Assembly (NCBI GenBank): GCA_963555985.3
Contig: OY820591.1
Coordinates: 256,001-320,000, forward strand
Length of the DNA: 64,000 bases
Origin: Dehalococcoidia bacterium
GTDB taxonomy: Bacteria > Chloroflexota > Dehalococcoidia > Bin125
Reading direction: 5' to 3'
Both the position numbers and the translations under genes were made by a program. Under the pieces are notes generated by a model that worked only from the letters and a program-made list of their open reading frames with translations, was not told the origin of the DNA and searched no databases. This document shows, piece by piece, positions 8,880 through 19,418 of this stretch (positions within the stretch are counted from its first letter, which is position 1; each line of letters begins with the position of its first letter).

Positions 8880-9611
8880 ATGAATTCAGCCGCCGCGCAG
8901 AGGGCACTCGATGGACTCGCACCGGCCTCGCGGCGGCGAGTTGTGCGGAACGGAGCTCCGACGAATGATCTTGTCTTCAGCGCATCCGTCGCAGGAAATG
9001 AGACTGTCTTTCCTCAAATCCTCTCTCTGTACGTGCCAGAGTCAAGCGTGATTGCCGACGTGACGTATGGCGAAGGCGTCTTCTGGCGCAATGTTCCGGA
9101 CGACCAATATGTTGTCCATGGAACTGACATCCAGACCGGAGTCGACTGCCGAGATCTGCCTTACGCGGATGGTGAGATCGACTGTGTTGTCCTGGACCCG
9201 CCATACATGCACTCTCCTGGAGGAACTGCGCACCAGGGGACGCCTTTTGAGCGCCATTACCGAAACAACGGGACCCGCAACACCACGCCGAAGAAGTATC
9301 ACGAAGCAGTTTTATCGCTGTACGAAGACGCAGGTAGAGAGGCGTACAGAGTTCTTCGTGATCGCGGAGTGCTCATAGTCAAGTGTCAGGACGAAGTGTG
9401 TTCAAACCGTCAGCGCTTCACGCACGTAGAGATCATGCAGGCGTACGTCGAGCTCGGGTTTGTGCCTGAGGACCTCTTCGTGGTCGTGAGGAACAACCGC
9501 CCTGGCGTGAGCCGTGCTGTGAGACAAGTCCACGCGCGAAAGAATCACTCGTACTTTCTCGTATTCTGGAAGAAGGGTTCTTCTCGCGGCCGTTGGGAGC
9601 GCCCAGGATGA
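8880..9611 (+). CDS. Small amino (N6A/N4C) DNA methyltransferase
   Basis: SAM-binding [11 protein letters not shown] and catalytic VLDPPY motifs; RBS GAGGAG before ATG 8880. Confidence 0.8.
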   Translation: MNSAAAQRALDGLAPASRRRVVRNGAPTNDLVFSASVAGNETVFPQILSLYVPESSVIADVTYGEGVFWRNVPDDQYVVHGTDIQTGVDCRDLPYADGEIDCVVLDPPYMHSPGGTAHQGTPFERHYRNNGTRNTTPKKYHEAVLSLYEDAGREAYRVLRDRGVLIVKCQDEVCSNRQRFTHVEIMQAYVELGFVPEDLFVVVRNNRPGVSRAVRQVHARKNHSYFLVFWKKGSSRGRWERPG

Positions 9612-10111
9612 ACCCTGTGGAATTGTTGGTCGAGATCATTCAGGAACACTCCCCAGAGGACATTTGGCGAGATTCTCCGCTCATTGGCTATCGGATGTTG
9701 GGGAACACGAATCGGGGAGAGATTGGAGAGGAATTCGTCAGGAGATTTCTGGCAGCCCACGGGATCACCGTAGGCAACGGGAGCCGGACATCGCAGACGG
9801 ACCTCCGGATCGAGAGCACCCGTTTCGAGGTAAAAACGGCGTCGCTCGGTGCCACCGGCACTTTCCAATTCAACCATGTGCGACTGGATCGTGCGTACGA
9901 CCTTCTGCTTTGTCTCGGTATCTGTCCACATGATATTGTGTTTAATATGTGGCGTAAAGGTGCGGTTGCTGAAGGACGAGCAGGAAGATTGGTCCGGATG
10001 GCCGAGGGACAGGCCGTGACTTACAAGCTCACGAAGAAACTCGACGACATGAAGAAAATCGCAGAACTTCCCGGAGATGTAATGGAGGCGCTCTCTCAGA
10101 GTGAGCCGTGA
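9608..10111 (+). CDS. Putative PD-(D/E)XK restriction endonuclease
   Basis: GEIGEEF ... TDLRI ... FEVKTA catalytic pattern; ATGA overlap with the MTase. Confidence 0.65.
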   Translation: MNPVELLVEIIQEHSPEDIWRDSPLIGYRMLGNTNRGEIGEEFVRRFLAAHGITVGNGSRTSQTDLRIESTRFEVKTASLGATGTFQFNHVRLDRAYDLLLCLGICPHDIVFNMWRKGAVAEGRAGRLVRMAEGQAVTYKLTKKLDDMKKIAELPGDVMEALSQSEP

Positions 10112-10206
10112 CTTGGACGTACAGCCATCGTCAGCACGAGTCATCTCAAACTTGGAGGAGTATGTAAGATCTAGAATATTCTAGGAGCGCCTCGGCGTAG
10201 CCAGTG

Positions 10207-12036
10207 CTAATTGTCCGTCCGATACAGATACCGAATATCCCATAACCCGTACAGCGTCGGCGTCGAATTTCCGAACACGTTTCGCACCGCTGTGATCCGC
10301 TCGGCGTGAGTGGTGTAGATCAGCGGCAAATGCTCCGCCACGATCTCCTGCGCCCGCTGATAGTGCGTCACCCGCAGCTCGTGATCCAGCTCCTGGCTGC
10401 CGCGGATGTAGAGATCGTCGATCTCAGCCTCCCACGTGGTCGCCGGTTCGGGCTGGAATGGATGCCAGACATGGAACGCCTCACTGCTGTGCCACATGAC
10501 GATGCCGCCGTGGGGATCGGTGCCGCCGCCGAAACCGACGACCATCGCCTCCCAGTCGTAGCTGGCCGTCAACTGACCCACGAGCTCGCCGAACTCGATC
10601 AGCCGGAACTCGACGTTCAGACCCAGCGCGAGCATTCCTGCGTGGATGATCGAGGTCACCTGTTCACGCACGCTGTTCTGCGTATTGGTGACCAGCGAGA
10701 ACGCGATCTCATTGCCCGCGTCGTCCTCACGGAAGCCATTGCCGTCGCGATCGGTCCAGTCCAACTCATTGAGTAGCTGGTTGGCTCTCTCGAGGTCGTA
10801 CTCGTAGATGCGCACGTTGGGATTGTGGAAATCGCCCGCCGCCGGACTGATCGAGGCCCACTGCGGATAGCCCAGACCGTGCTGAACCTCGTCGATGATC
10901 CGCGCCTTGTCGATCGCATACGCCACTGCGCGCCGGAACTGCGTGTTCGTGAACCAGCGATGCTTTTCAGGGCCGACCAGCGGTTCGCCTGTGTCGGGGT
11001 TCGTGCCCGGGTTCATGTTGAAGCCCAGAAAATTCGAGCCGAACGTCGGCCCGCGCCGGTAGATCGTGAAGTTCTCCGCTTCTTGCAATGGCTCCAGGTC
11101 GGCGAACTCTTCGCCCAGCACGCCGTGGACGTCGGACTCGCCGTCGCGGAAGGCCTCGAGCTCGGCCTCAAGGTCGGGCACGATCAGCAGCACGACTTGT
11201 TCGAGGTAGGGCAGCCGGTTGCCGCCGTCGTCGGTCAGCCAGTAGTCGGAATTGCGTCGGAAGAGCACGCGCTCGCCCGGTTCGTAGCTGTCGATTAGGA
11301 ATGGACCTGTGCCAACGATCTCCGATGGATCCGTGTCGAGTCCCCAGGTGTCGACGAACGTGCCGTCGACCACGTGCGGCGCGAGGATGTGCTCGGGGAA
11401 GATCGCCTGTCCCATCGAACGCAGGAACGGCGCGAACGAAACCGGCAGCACACACTGAATCGTGTACTCATCGATCGCCGTTACCGTCATCGGCGCTTCC
11501 TCCCACTCATCGCTCTCGTTGAGGAAGCGGAAGGTGAAGGCGGCGCGATCGGGCGTGGGAATGTCCTCGTTGTAGATGATCCGATTGAAGGTGAACTCCA
11601 CATCTGCGGCAGTGAACGACTCGCCGTCGTGCCAGCGCACATCGCGGCGCAGATAAAACGTCCAGGTCAGACCGTCGGCGGAAACATCCCAGGATTCGGC
11701 CAGCGCCGGCTCGACCTCATCAGTCAGCCACGATGTCTCCGTCAGACCCTCGAAGAGGTAGCTGAGCACCCCGGCCGACCCGCTGTCGCTGGCCAGCGCG
11801 AGATTGAAGGTCAGCGGCTCCGCAATCGTGGCTGAGGTGAGTGTGCCGCCGAACCTGCCAATCTCGTACTCGAAGGCGTCAGCGGTAGCCGCCAGCCGCT
11901 CAACCAGTGAGCCTTCCTCCTCGCTGCTAACCACCAGTTCTTCCGGGGCGGTCTCGAGCTCATCGGCGCAAGCGATCAGGATCAGCGCGGCCAAGATCGC
12001 GGCGAGCAGTCCACAGGCGCTCCGAAACCAGGTCAT
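10207..12036 (-). CDS. Peptide/nickel ABC transporter substrate-binding lipoprotein (family 5)
   Basis: Lipobox LIAC; PALAESW, WTFYLRRDVRWHDG and VGTGPF motifs. Confidence 0.92.
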   Translation of the reverse strand: MTWFRSACGLLAAILAALILIACADELETAPEELVVSSEEEGSLVERLAATADAFEYEIGRFGGTLTSATIAEPLTFNLALASDSGSAGVLSYLFEGLTETSWLTDEVEPALAESWDVSADGLTWTFYLRRDVRWHDGESFTAADVEFTFNRIIYNEDIPTPDRAAFTFRFLNESDEWEEAPMTVTAIDEYTIQCVLPVSFAPFLRSMGQAIFPEHILAPHVVDGTFVDTWGLDTDPSEIVGTGPFLIDSYEPGERVLFRRNSDYWLTDDGGNRLPYLEQVVLLIVPDLEAELEAFRDGESDVHGVLGEEFADLEPLQEAENFTIYRRGPTFGSNFLGFNMNPGTNPDTGEPLVGPEKHRWFTNTQFRRAVAYAIDKARIIDEVQHGLGYPQWASISPAAGDFHNPNVRIYEYDLERANQLLNELDWTDRDGNGFREDDAGNEIAFSLVTNTQNSVREQVTSIIHAGMLALGLNVEFRLIEFGELVGQLTASYDWEAMVVGFGGGTDPHGGIVMWHSSEAFHVWHPFQPEPATTWEAEIDDLYIRGSQELDHELRVTHYQRAQEIVAEHLPLIYTTHAERITAVRNVFGNSTPTLYGLWDIRYLYRTDN

Positions 12037-12184
12037 GCGCGTCTCTCCCCCGCTGTTCTCGATTGGAGACCGGAGCGTATCAATCCGTGTACGAAGGTCC
12101 GGCGTGGTCTTCGCACCGCTGGATTACAGAGAGCGATTAGGATGAGGCGCAAGACACCCGCAACTTCGCTCAAGGAGATCCCCC

Positions 12185-13075
12185 ATGGCGCTGCCCACTT
12201 TCGACAACGTCCTGCTCGAACGCACCGGCACCGACGACCGCATCGGCGTGCTCACGCTCAACCGCCCCGAGAAGATGAACGCGCTCTCGCAGGAGCTGAT
12301 CTACGACTTCCGCGACGCCTGCGAGTACTTCGAGGCCGACGACGATGTGCGCGTGCTGATCGTCAAGGGCGCCGGCCGCACCTTTTCGGCCGGCTACGAC
12401 CTGACCCCCGCCGGCGGCTACGGGGCCGACGCCATTCACCGCCGCTTCCGCACTGTCGACGACGACGGCAACCGCCTGATCATGGGTATTCGCGGCGGCA
12501 TGGCCCGCGTCACCGACATCTGGCTCTACTTCTGGAACATGCAGAAGATCACCATCGCCCAACTCCACGGCTACGCCATCGCCGGCGGCTTCGAGCTCTC
12601 GATGATGGCCGACCTCGTGGTCGCCGCCGAGGACACGCAGATTGGCCACCCCGGCCTGCGCTTCGCCGGCAGCCGCACCTCGGCCATCCTGCCCCTGCTG
12701 ACCAACATGCGCAAAGCGAAGGAACTCTTCTACACCGGCGACCCGATCCGGGCCACCGAAGCCGCCCAACTCAACCTGATCAACTACGCCGTCCCCCGCG
12801 ACGAACTCGAAGAGAAGACCCTCGCCCTCGCCGAGCGCGTCTCCAACCTGCCGGCCGACCACCTGGCCCAGCTCAAGGTCCACGTCAACCGCTTCTACGA
12901 AAACATGGGCATCTACTCCTCGCTGCGGTCTTCGACGGATCTGGATGCGGTCGGCACCTTCACCAGCCAGCACTACGAATGGTCGCGGCGGATGCGAGAC
13001 GAAGGCCTGCGCGGTGCCCTCGCCTGGCGAGACGGCCCCTTCGGCGACTACTCCCAGGCCCCCCGCAACCGCTAG
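12185..13075 (+). CDS. Enoyl-CoA hydratase/isomerase family protein
   Basis: LNRPEKMNAL, FSAGYDL and GYAIAGGFEL motifs. Confidence 0.93.
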   Translation: MALPTFDNVLLERTGTDDRIGVLTLNRPEKMNALSQELIYDFRDACEYFEADDDVRVLIVKGAGRTFSAGYDLTPAGGYGADAIHRRFRTVDDDGNRLIMGIRGGMARVTDIWLYFWNMQKITIAQLHGYAIAGGFELSMMADLVVAAEDTQIGHPGLRFAGSRTSAILPLLTNMRKAKELFYTGDPIRATEAAQLNLINYAVPRDELEEKTLALAERVSNLPADHLAQLKVHVNRFYENMGIYSSLRSSTDLDAVGTFTSQHYEWSRRMRDEGLRGALAWRDGPFGDYSQAPRNR

Positions 13076-13090
13076 GCGTTTCCCAGCGTT

Positions 13091-13122
13091 CCGTCATACC
13101 CGCGCTCGCCGCGAGTATCTCG
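13091..13122. repeat. CGTC-tagged palindromic repeat
   Basis: CCGTCATACCCGCGCTCGCCGCGAGTATCTCG. Confidence 0.75.
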
Positions 13123-13143
13123 TCTGACCGGCATGGAGCCGCA

Positions 13144-13884
13144 ATGCCCACCTTCATTGGCCTCGACCTTGCCTGGACGACCAAGAACGAGAGTGGCATC
13201 TGCTGGCTCGAGGGCGATTCGCGGGACAACCTGCGCTGCACCCGTCTTCACGCCGCAGCCTACGAAACTGCAGCGCTGGCAGATGAAGTCACCGCAGTCG
13301 ACGGACCGGTCGTCGTCACCATTGACGCTCCATTGCTCTACAACGAAGAACGACGCGCCGAAAGCAAGATCGCCAGTAAGTTTGGTCGCTACAAGGCGTC
13401 GGCCTATCACCCTTCGCTGGCCGTCAGGCGTGGATACACGGCCGGCATCGACCTCGGCAAGGCCCTGGAGTCGTCAGGCTTCACGCTGGACCCGGCACAA
13501 CTGTTGCGCGGCCATCGAGCCGGTCGTACGGCAATCGAGGTCTTTCCGCACACGATCCACGTTCGCCTCTTCGGCCTCGACGAACGGATCCTGTACAAGA
13601 AGGGCCGTGTCGCGCAGAAGCGAACCGGACTGCGTCAGTACCAGGGACACCTGGGAGGACTGATTGAGCGAGAGGCGCCCGATCTTCTCGACCACGAAGA
13701 CATCGCCCGCGCCCTGGATCCCGAAACCGCCCGGAACGCCAGGGGCAAAAGCCTCAAACGCCTCGACGACACCCTTGACGGTCTCACCTGCGCACTAGCC
13801 GCCTGGCTGATCTGGAAGGCACCAGACCGCTGGGAGATGATCGGCGACCTCAACGGCTACATCGTCGCGCCGCGTGAACGTTAG
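13144..13884 (+). CDS. DUF429 family predicted RNase H-like nuclease
   Basis: FIGLDLAW, IDAPL, IEVFPH and DDTLDGL motifs; RBS GGAG before ATG 13144. Confidence 0.8.
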   Translation: MPTFIGLDLAWTTKNESGICWLEGDSRDNLRCTRLHAAAYETAALADEVTAVDGPVVVTIDAPLLYNEERRAESKIASKFGRYKASAYHPSLAVRRGYTAGIDLGKALESSGFTLDPAQLLRGHRAGRTAIEVFPHTIHVRLFGLDERILYKKGRVAQKRTGLRQYQGHLGGLIEREAPDLLDHEDIARALDPETARNARGKSLKRLDDTLDGLTCALAAWLIWKAPDRWEMIGDLNGYIVAPRER

Positions 13885-14426
13885 GACGGATAGTCCGCGT
13901 GAGACTTGAGGGCGAGGATCTGGCGCGTATGATCACCGTCGTGGAAGGCCTGGAATAGCGGCCACGCCATCGACGGCAACTCCCCGAAAAAGGCGTGCGG
14001 CACTGTCGTCTCGTTGTCGATCTCCTCAGGGAACGCATTCGCCACGCTCAGCAGACGTTCGCTCACTGATGTGACCTGCAACCGCAGGTCATCAACATCC
14101 GACGCCGGAGCGGTGATCTGCCCCGGCGGACCCTTGACCACCGTGCGACCATTCGCGGTGGCGGCGATGATCTCGGCGATGTTCGGCGACGCGGTAATCA
14201 CGTGCCGCATGATCTCGCTGACGCTCCAGGTTGCTTCGTCGTCCGGGTCCATCGCGGTCGGGGTCCAGTCGGCCTGTGTCTGGGTGACGCCCTGAAGGGC
14301 ATCGATCAGTGCGAAGCGCGCGTTGGCCATTCGCAGCCAGATCTCGTCCCACGGCAATGTCGCCGCGCCCTCAAGAAACTCGGCGCGCATGCGCTCGCGA
14401 AAGTCCGAATTGCGGATATCGGCCAT
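13881..14426 (-). CDS. DinB/YfiT-like protein
   Basis: WSVSEIMRHV and C-terminal HDGDHTRQI metal-binding histidines. Confidence 0.8.
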   Translation of the reverse strand: MADIRNSDFRERMRAEFLEGAATLPWDEIWLRMANARFALIDALQGVTQTQADWTPTAMDPDDEATWSVSEIMRHVITASPNIAEIIAATANGRTVVKGPPGQITAPASDVDDLRLQVTSVSERLLSVANAFPEEIDNETTVPHAFFGELPSMAWPLFQAFHDGDHTRQILALKSHADYPS

Positions 14427-14427
14427 G

Positions 14428-15345
14428 TCACCCCTCGCGAAACTCCGGCGCGATCTCCTCGATGAAGCGATCCATCTGCTCGGTGCGCTGGAAGGCGTTC
14501 GAGCCGAGAGTGAAGTCGGGGATGATCAACTCATCCACGCCCGCGTCGATGTACTCCTGCACCGTCCGCTTGATCTCGTCGTTCGAGCCGCCCAAGACCG
14601 GACGCCCGCTCGCCCGGACTGGGCCGAGCACATCCTCGTTCTCGGTCATCATCAGCAGCAGGCAGGCCGAGCGCTGGATCTCCGCCGGGTCGCGGTGGAC
14701 ATCGGCGCAGTGTGCATCAAGCACCGACTGCTTGTGAATCATCGTCTCCGGCGTGCCCCAGACGTTCCACTCGTTCGCGTACTGCGCCGCGATCCGCAGC
14801 GTGCGCTTCTCACCGCCGCCTCCGATCATCAGCGGCAGCGGCGTCTGGATCGGTTTCGGCTCCAGCGGCGCATCGATCAGCTGGTAGTGCTGACCGGTGA
14901 AGTTGCTCTTCTGGTAGCGGAACAGATCGGTCACCATCTGGCAGGCCTCCTCGAAGCGATCCATCCGCTCCTTCAGCGTGCCGAAGTGCATCCCGTAGGC
15001 GTAGTGCTCGTTCTCCTGCCAGGCCGCGCCCAGCCCGAGGATGAAGCGTCCCCCGGAGATGACATCGATCTGCGCCGCCATCTTCGCCGTCAGCGCCGGG
15101 TGACGGTAGGTGTTGCCGCTGACCATGTGCCCCAGCTTCACGCGCGGAATCCGCGACGCGAACGCCGCCAGTGTCGTCCACGACTCGTGCATCAGTTCGT
15201 CGGAAGCGTCTTCGCCAACCGGTTTGTTGGGCATGAAGTGATCGGCGAACCAAATCCGGTCCCAACCCGTTCGTTCCGCGTGTCGCGCGACGGTCAGCAC
15301 TTCCGCCCACGGATTGGATGCGCCCGCCCAAAATCCGAATCGCAT
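14428..15345 (-). CDS. LLM-class, probably F420-dependent, oxidoreductase (TIGR03560-like)
   Basis: WFADHF, NTYRHPALTAKMAAQIDVISGGRFILGLGAAW and IGGGGEKRTL motifs. Confidence 0.9.
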   Translation of the reverse strand: MRFGFWAGASNPWAEVLTVARHAERTGWDRIWFADHFMPNKPVGEDASDELMHESWTTLAAFASRIPRVKLGHMVSGNTYRHPALTAKMAAQIDVISGGRFILGLGAAWQENEHYAYGMHFGTLKERMDRFEEACQMVTDLFRYQKSNFTGQHYQLIDAPLEPKPIQTPLPLMIGGGGEKRTLRIAAQYANEWNVWGTPETMIHKQSVLDAHCADVHRDPAEIQRSACLLLMMTENEDVLGPVRASGRPVLGGSNDEIKRTVQEYIDAGVDELIIPDFTLGSNAFQRTEQMDRFIEEIAPEFREG

Positions 15346-15395
15346 GACGCTCTCCTCGCACTGTTCGTTATCTCCAGTACCGCTGTGCGCGCAGG

Positions 15396-15411
15396 TTAAC
15401 GAGTTTGCAAC
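15396..15411 (+). promoter_or_regulatory. Possible Pho box upstream of phoB
   Basis: TTAAC (15396) and GCAAC (15407) are 11 bp apart. Confidence 0.35.
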
Positions 15412-15462
15412 CGCCCCCGTCGCGCAGCGGCGATATCCTCTTGTCATACGAAGGAGACCGGC

Positions 15463-16155
<693 letters not shown>

Positions 16156-16262
16156 AGCGCGTAGCCTGCGCCCACGGCAACCTCTTGCACTCCCCCGCGC
16201 CGCGGGGTGAGCGATCCCGTAAGGCCAGAGAGGCCCGGTCACATATCGCACAGGGCAGTCAG

Positions 16263-17708
16263 ATGTCCACAGCAACCGGCGGACTGGCGACGCTCCTGGG
16301 AGGACCGCTGATCGCGGCGCTGGGGATCGGTCTCAGCATCGGCGCTGAGCGCGGCCCGGGGTTGATCGCCGGCATCGTCCTCTGTGTAGCCGGTGTGGTC
16401 ATCCTGCTCGCCTGCCTGCGACAACTGCGGCAACGCACCCAAGCTCTGGAACAAGCGTTGACCCTGGCCACCCAAGGCGAACCGCCGCCGCTGCCCGACC
16501 CTCGGGCCAACCGAATCGTGCGCAACGTCGCTGACCTTAGCCGACGCCTCCACGACGAACTCGACGAGCGCAGCGGCGAACTCGAACAGGTCAAACGCGC
16601 CCTCGCCGCCGCCGGCGACCAAGTCATCGCTATCGACAGCGACGCCCGCATCGCCTATCTCAACCCCGCCGCCGCCGCCGATATCTCCCGTTCCGCCCCC
16701 TACGGCGGACGCGGACGCGACAGCGCCGATGACTGGCTCGGCGCGCCCCTGATCGATGCGGTGGCAGACCCCGATCTGTACACGGCGGTCGAGGCTTGTC
16801 TACACGAGAGCGCGCCCGCCGCGCTCACAGTCGAGCGCGAGTCCCGACGCTACCGCGCCGTGGTCGCGCCATTGGTCTCCGAAGACGGCGCCTCGCCCGC
16901 CGCCGGCCCCTGGAGCGTGGTTGTGGCTTTGCATGACCTCTCCGATCTCCACGAAGCGGAACAGTCCCGCCGCGACTTCTTTATCAACGCCTCGCACGAG
17001 CTGCGCACCCCGCTCGCCACCATCGCCGCCGCCGCCGAGACCCTTGAAGTCGTCAACGATCCCAAGGATGCCCAGCGCTTCCGCGTGATCATCCAATCCG
17101 AAGCTGAGCGCATGAGCGAGCTGATCGAGGAAATGCTCGCCCTCGCCCGGCTCGAATCCGGACTCTCCCCGCCCGACATCCGCACGCTCGAACTGGGGCC
17201 GCTAGTCGAGCAAGCGGTCGAGCGTCTGCGCCCTCAAGCCGAGCGCAAGAGCGTCGATCTCAGCTTGCGCACACCTGAAGCGGTTGTCGCCGCCGACCCC
17301 GACCTCACCCAGCGGGCCCTCATCAATCTCGTCCACAACGCCATCAAATTCACTCCTGCCGGCGGACAGGTGGAGGTCTTCGCCGAGTCCGGCCCACTGT
17401 TCGATCCCGCGCCGATGATCTGGCTCCGAGTCCGCGATACCGGCATCGGCGTCCCCGCCGCCGAACAGCCCCGCATCTTCCAGCGCTTCTACCGCGTCGA
17501 CCGCGCCCGCACCGGAGAACGTTCCGATGGAGCCAGCGCCGCTCCCGGTACCGGCCTGGGTCTAGCCGTCGTCCGCCACATCGCCGAAATCCACGGTGGC
17601 GGCGTGGCCCTCGAAAGCGCCCCAGGCGACGGTTCAACCTTCAGCTTCTCTCTCCCCCTGGCCCAGCAGCGCCCCGCCGCTCCTCTCAACCTCGGGGCCG
17701 ACGCATAG
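16263..17708 (+). CDS. phoR: PhoR-like sensor histidine kinase
   Basis: Two TM segments, PAS-like region, ASHELRTPL H-box, NAIKF, DTGIG and GTGLGL motifs. Confidence 0.85.
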   Translation: MSTATGGLATLLGGPLIAALGIGLSIGAERGPGLIAGIVLCVAGVVILLACLRQLRQRTQALEQALTLATQGEPPPLPDPRANRIVRNVADLSRRLHDELDERSGELEQVKRALAAAGDQVIAIDSDARIAYLNPAAAADISRSAPYGGRGRDSADDWLGAPLIDAVADPDLYTAVEACLHESAPAALTVERESRRYRAVVAPLVSEDGASPAAGPWSVVVALHDLSDLHEAEQSRRDFFINASHELRTPLATIAAAAETLEVVNDPKDAQRFRVIIQSEAERMSELIEEMLALARLESGLSPPDIRTLELGPLVEQAVERLRPQAERKSVDLSLRTPEAVVAADPDLTQRALINLVHNAIKFTPAGGQVEVFAESGPLFDPAPMIWLRVRDTGIGVPAAEQPRIFQRFYRVDRARTGERSDGASAAPGTGLGLAVVRHIAEIHGGGVALESAPGDGSTFSFSLPLAQQRPAAPLNLGADA

Positions 17709-17748
17709 CGCCATACCCGTGCACAGCGCGCCATAACGCCGGACTCTG

Positions 17749-17786
17749 CTAACCCCTCCTTAACTCCTCGTTAGCCGCCGGATTAC
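17749..17786 (+). promoter_or_regulatory. Pho-box-like 11-bp direct repeats upstream of pstS
   Basis: CTAAC (17749), TTAAC (17760), TTAGC (17771), ATTAC (17782). Confidence 0.65.
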
Positions 17787-17860
17787 CGCTCAAGATCGGG
17801 TTCGTTCATACGCTGCGAGTGCTCGAACCCGACCTGTCAGTAAGCGAGAGGACCTGCATC

Positions 17861-18994
17861 GTGACCGAAACTGTCGTGAAGAAGCCGCTCTTGTGGCTAT
17901 TGCCGGTACTGCTGGGCGTCGGCTTGCTGCTCGCCGCCTGCGGCGGCGGCGATGAGCAGCAAAGCTCTGCCGCCTCAGCCGCCCAAGACCAGCAGCAAGC
18001 ACAGTCCAATGCCACTGCTTCCTCAGCCGCCGCTGACGACGCTCAGCAGCAAGAAACCCGCGCAGCGGTCGCCGGACTCGAAGGCGACATCGCCGTGGAC
18101 GGCTCCTCGACCGTCTTCCCGATCACCGAAGCGATGGCGGAAGAGTTCGGCATCCTCACCGATCGCGGTGTCCGCGTCACGGTCGGCGTCTCCGGCACCG
18201 GCGGCGGGTTCAAGCGCTTCTGCGCGGGTGAGACCGACATCTCCGACGCCTCCCGCCCGATCAAGGACAGCGAAACTGAACTCTGCGCCGAGGCTGGGAT
18301 CAGCTTCATCGAAGTCCCGGTCGCGTTCGACGGCCTGACCATCGTGATCAACCCTGAGAACGACTGGGTTGACGCGCTGACCGTCGCCGAGCTCAACCAC
18401 ATCTTCCGTCCCGACGACTTCGCCACGAGCTGGGCCGACGTGCGCGACGGGTTCCCCGACGTGGAGATCACCCTCTACGCCCCGGGCGCGGACTCGGGCA
18501 CATTCGACTACTTCACCGAGGCGATCAACGGCGACAGCGGCGTCCACCGTTCGGACAACACGACCTTCTCCGAGGACGACAACGTGCTCGTGCAGGGCGT
18601 CGCTTCCGACCGCGGCGGGATCGGCTACTTCGGCTTCAGCTACTACGCCAACAACGCCGACCGGCTCAAGGCGGTTCCGGTCGTGAACGACGCCGGCCAG
18701 GCGATCATCCCGACCAATGACACGATCAACGACGGTTCCTACAACCCGCTCTCGCGCCCGCTCTTCATCTACGTCTCCGTCGCCTCACTTGAGCGCGACG
18801 AAGTCGCCGCCTTCGTCGAGTACTTCCTCACCGACGGCGTCTGGCTGGTAGACACGGCAGAGGTTGGCTACGTGCAGCTCCCCGCCAACATCTACGCCGC
18901 TGCCTGGCGCCGCGTCAAAGACCGCATCGCCGGCTCCGCGATCGCCGCTGCCCAAGAGGGCGACACGCTCGCCATGGTCTTCGACGCTGAGTAA
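17861..18994 (+). CDS. pstS: Phosphate ABC transporter substrate-binding lipoprotein
   Basis: Lipobox LAAC; [23 protein letters not shown] and [11 protein letters not shown] motifs. Confidence 0.95.
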   Translation: MTETVVKKPLLWLLPVLLGVGLLLAACGGGDEQQSSAASAAQDQQQAQSNATASSAAADDAQQQETRAAVAGLEGDIAVDGSSTVFPITEAMAEEFGILTDRGVRVTVGVSGTGGGFKRFCAGETDISDASRPIKDSETELCAEAGISFIEVPVAFDGLTIVINPENDWVDALTVAELNHIFRPDDFATSWADVRDGFPDVEITLYAPGADSGTFDYFTEAINGDSGVHRSDNTTFSEDDNVLVQGVASDRGGIGYFGFSYYANNADRLKAVPVVNDAGQAIIPTNDTINDGSYNPLSRPLFIYVSVASLERDEVAAFVEYFLTDGVWLVDTAEVGYVQLPANIYAAAWRRVKDRIAGSAIAAAQEGDTLAMVFDAE

Positions 18995-19055
18995 CGTTGC
19001 GCAGCCTCCGCTCCCCAATCTCCCCTTTGAGGAGACCTGCGCGTAATCCCGGATT

Positions 19056-19218
19056 CCGTCATTCCAGGCTTGACCTGGAATCTCGTCCGGAATTGCGGGC
19101 TCTCTGGTCGGAGCGAGATTCCAGCGTTCGCTGGAATGACGAGAGCAACGGGAATCTGATGTACGCGCAACTCTCCTTGAGGGGGGGAGATGCCGCAGGC
19201 AGAGGGGGTGAGAACGCC
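19056..19218. repeat. Head-to-head CGTC-tagged hairpin pair plus double-hairpin repeat between pstS and pstC
   Basis: CCGTCATTCCAGGCTTGACCTGGAATCTCG ... CGAGATTCCAGCGTTCGCTGGAATGACG; 19172-19218 is close to the reverse complement of 52259-52306. Confidence 0.85.
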
Positions 19219-19418
19219 GCAGTCCTCTCCGACCGCCGCGTCTCACCTCTCGGCAGCTGCCCCGACAAGAGTCGGCAGTGCAAACGATCCCACAACACCC
19301 ATTACCGGACTTACCCACTGTTAACCAGCCAAGCAAAGCCAAACCTAGCGTGACATCTACCCGCAATTGAGGGTCAAGAGTTGCCTCTGCACCCCCTACC
19401 AAGCGGAACTGCCGCAGC

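Noticed and set aside
10154-10167. RBS followed by an ATG-TAA start-stop minigene
   Set aside because: The Shine-Dalgarno-to-start spacing is too short and there is no other support.
12142-13884. 580-aa ORF as a single fusion protein
   Set aside because: The N-terminal part is an off-frame shadow of the enoyl-CoA hydratase; the real DUF429 gene starts at ATG 13144 with its own RBS.
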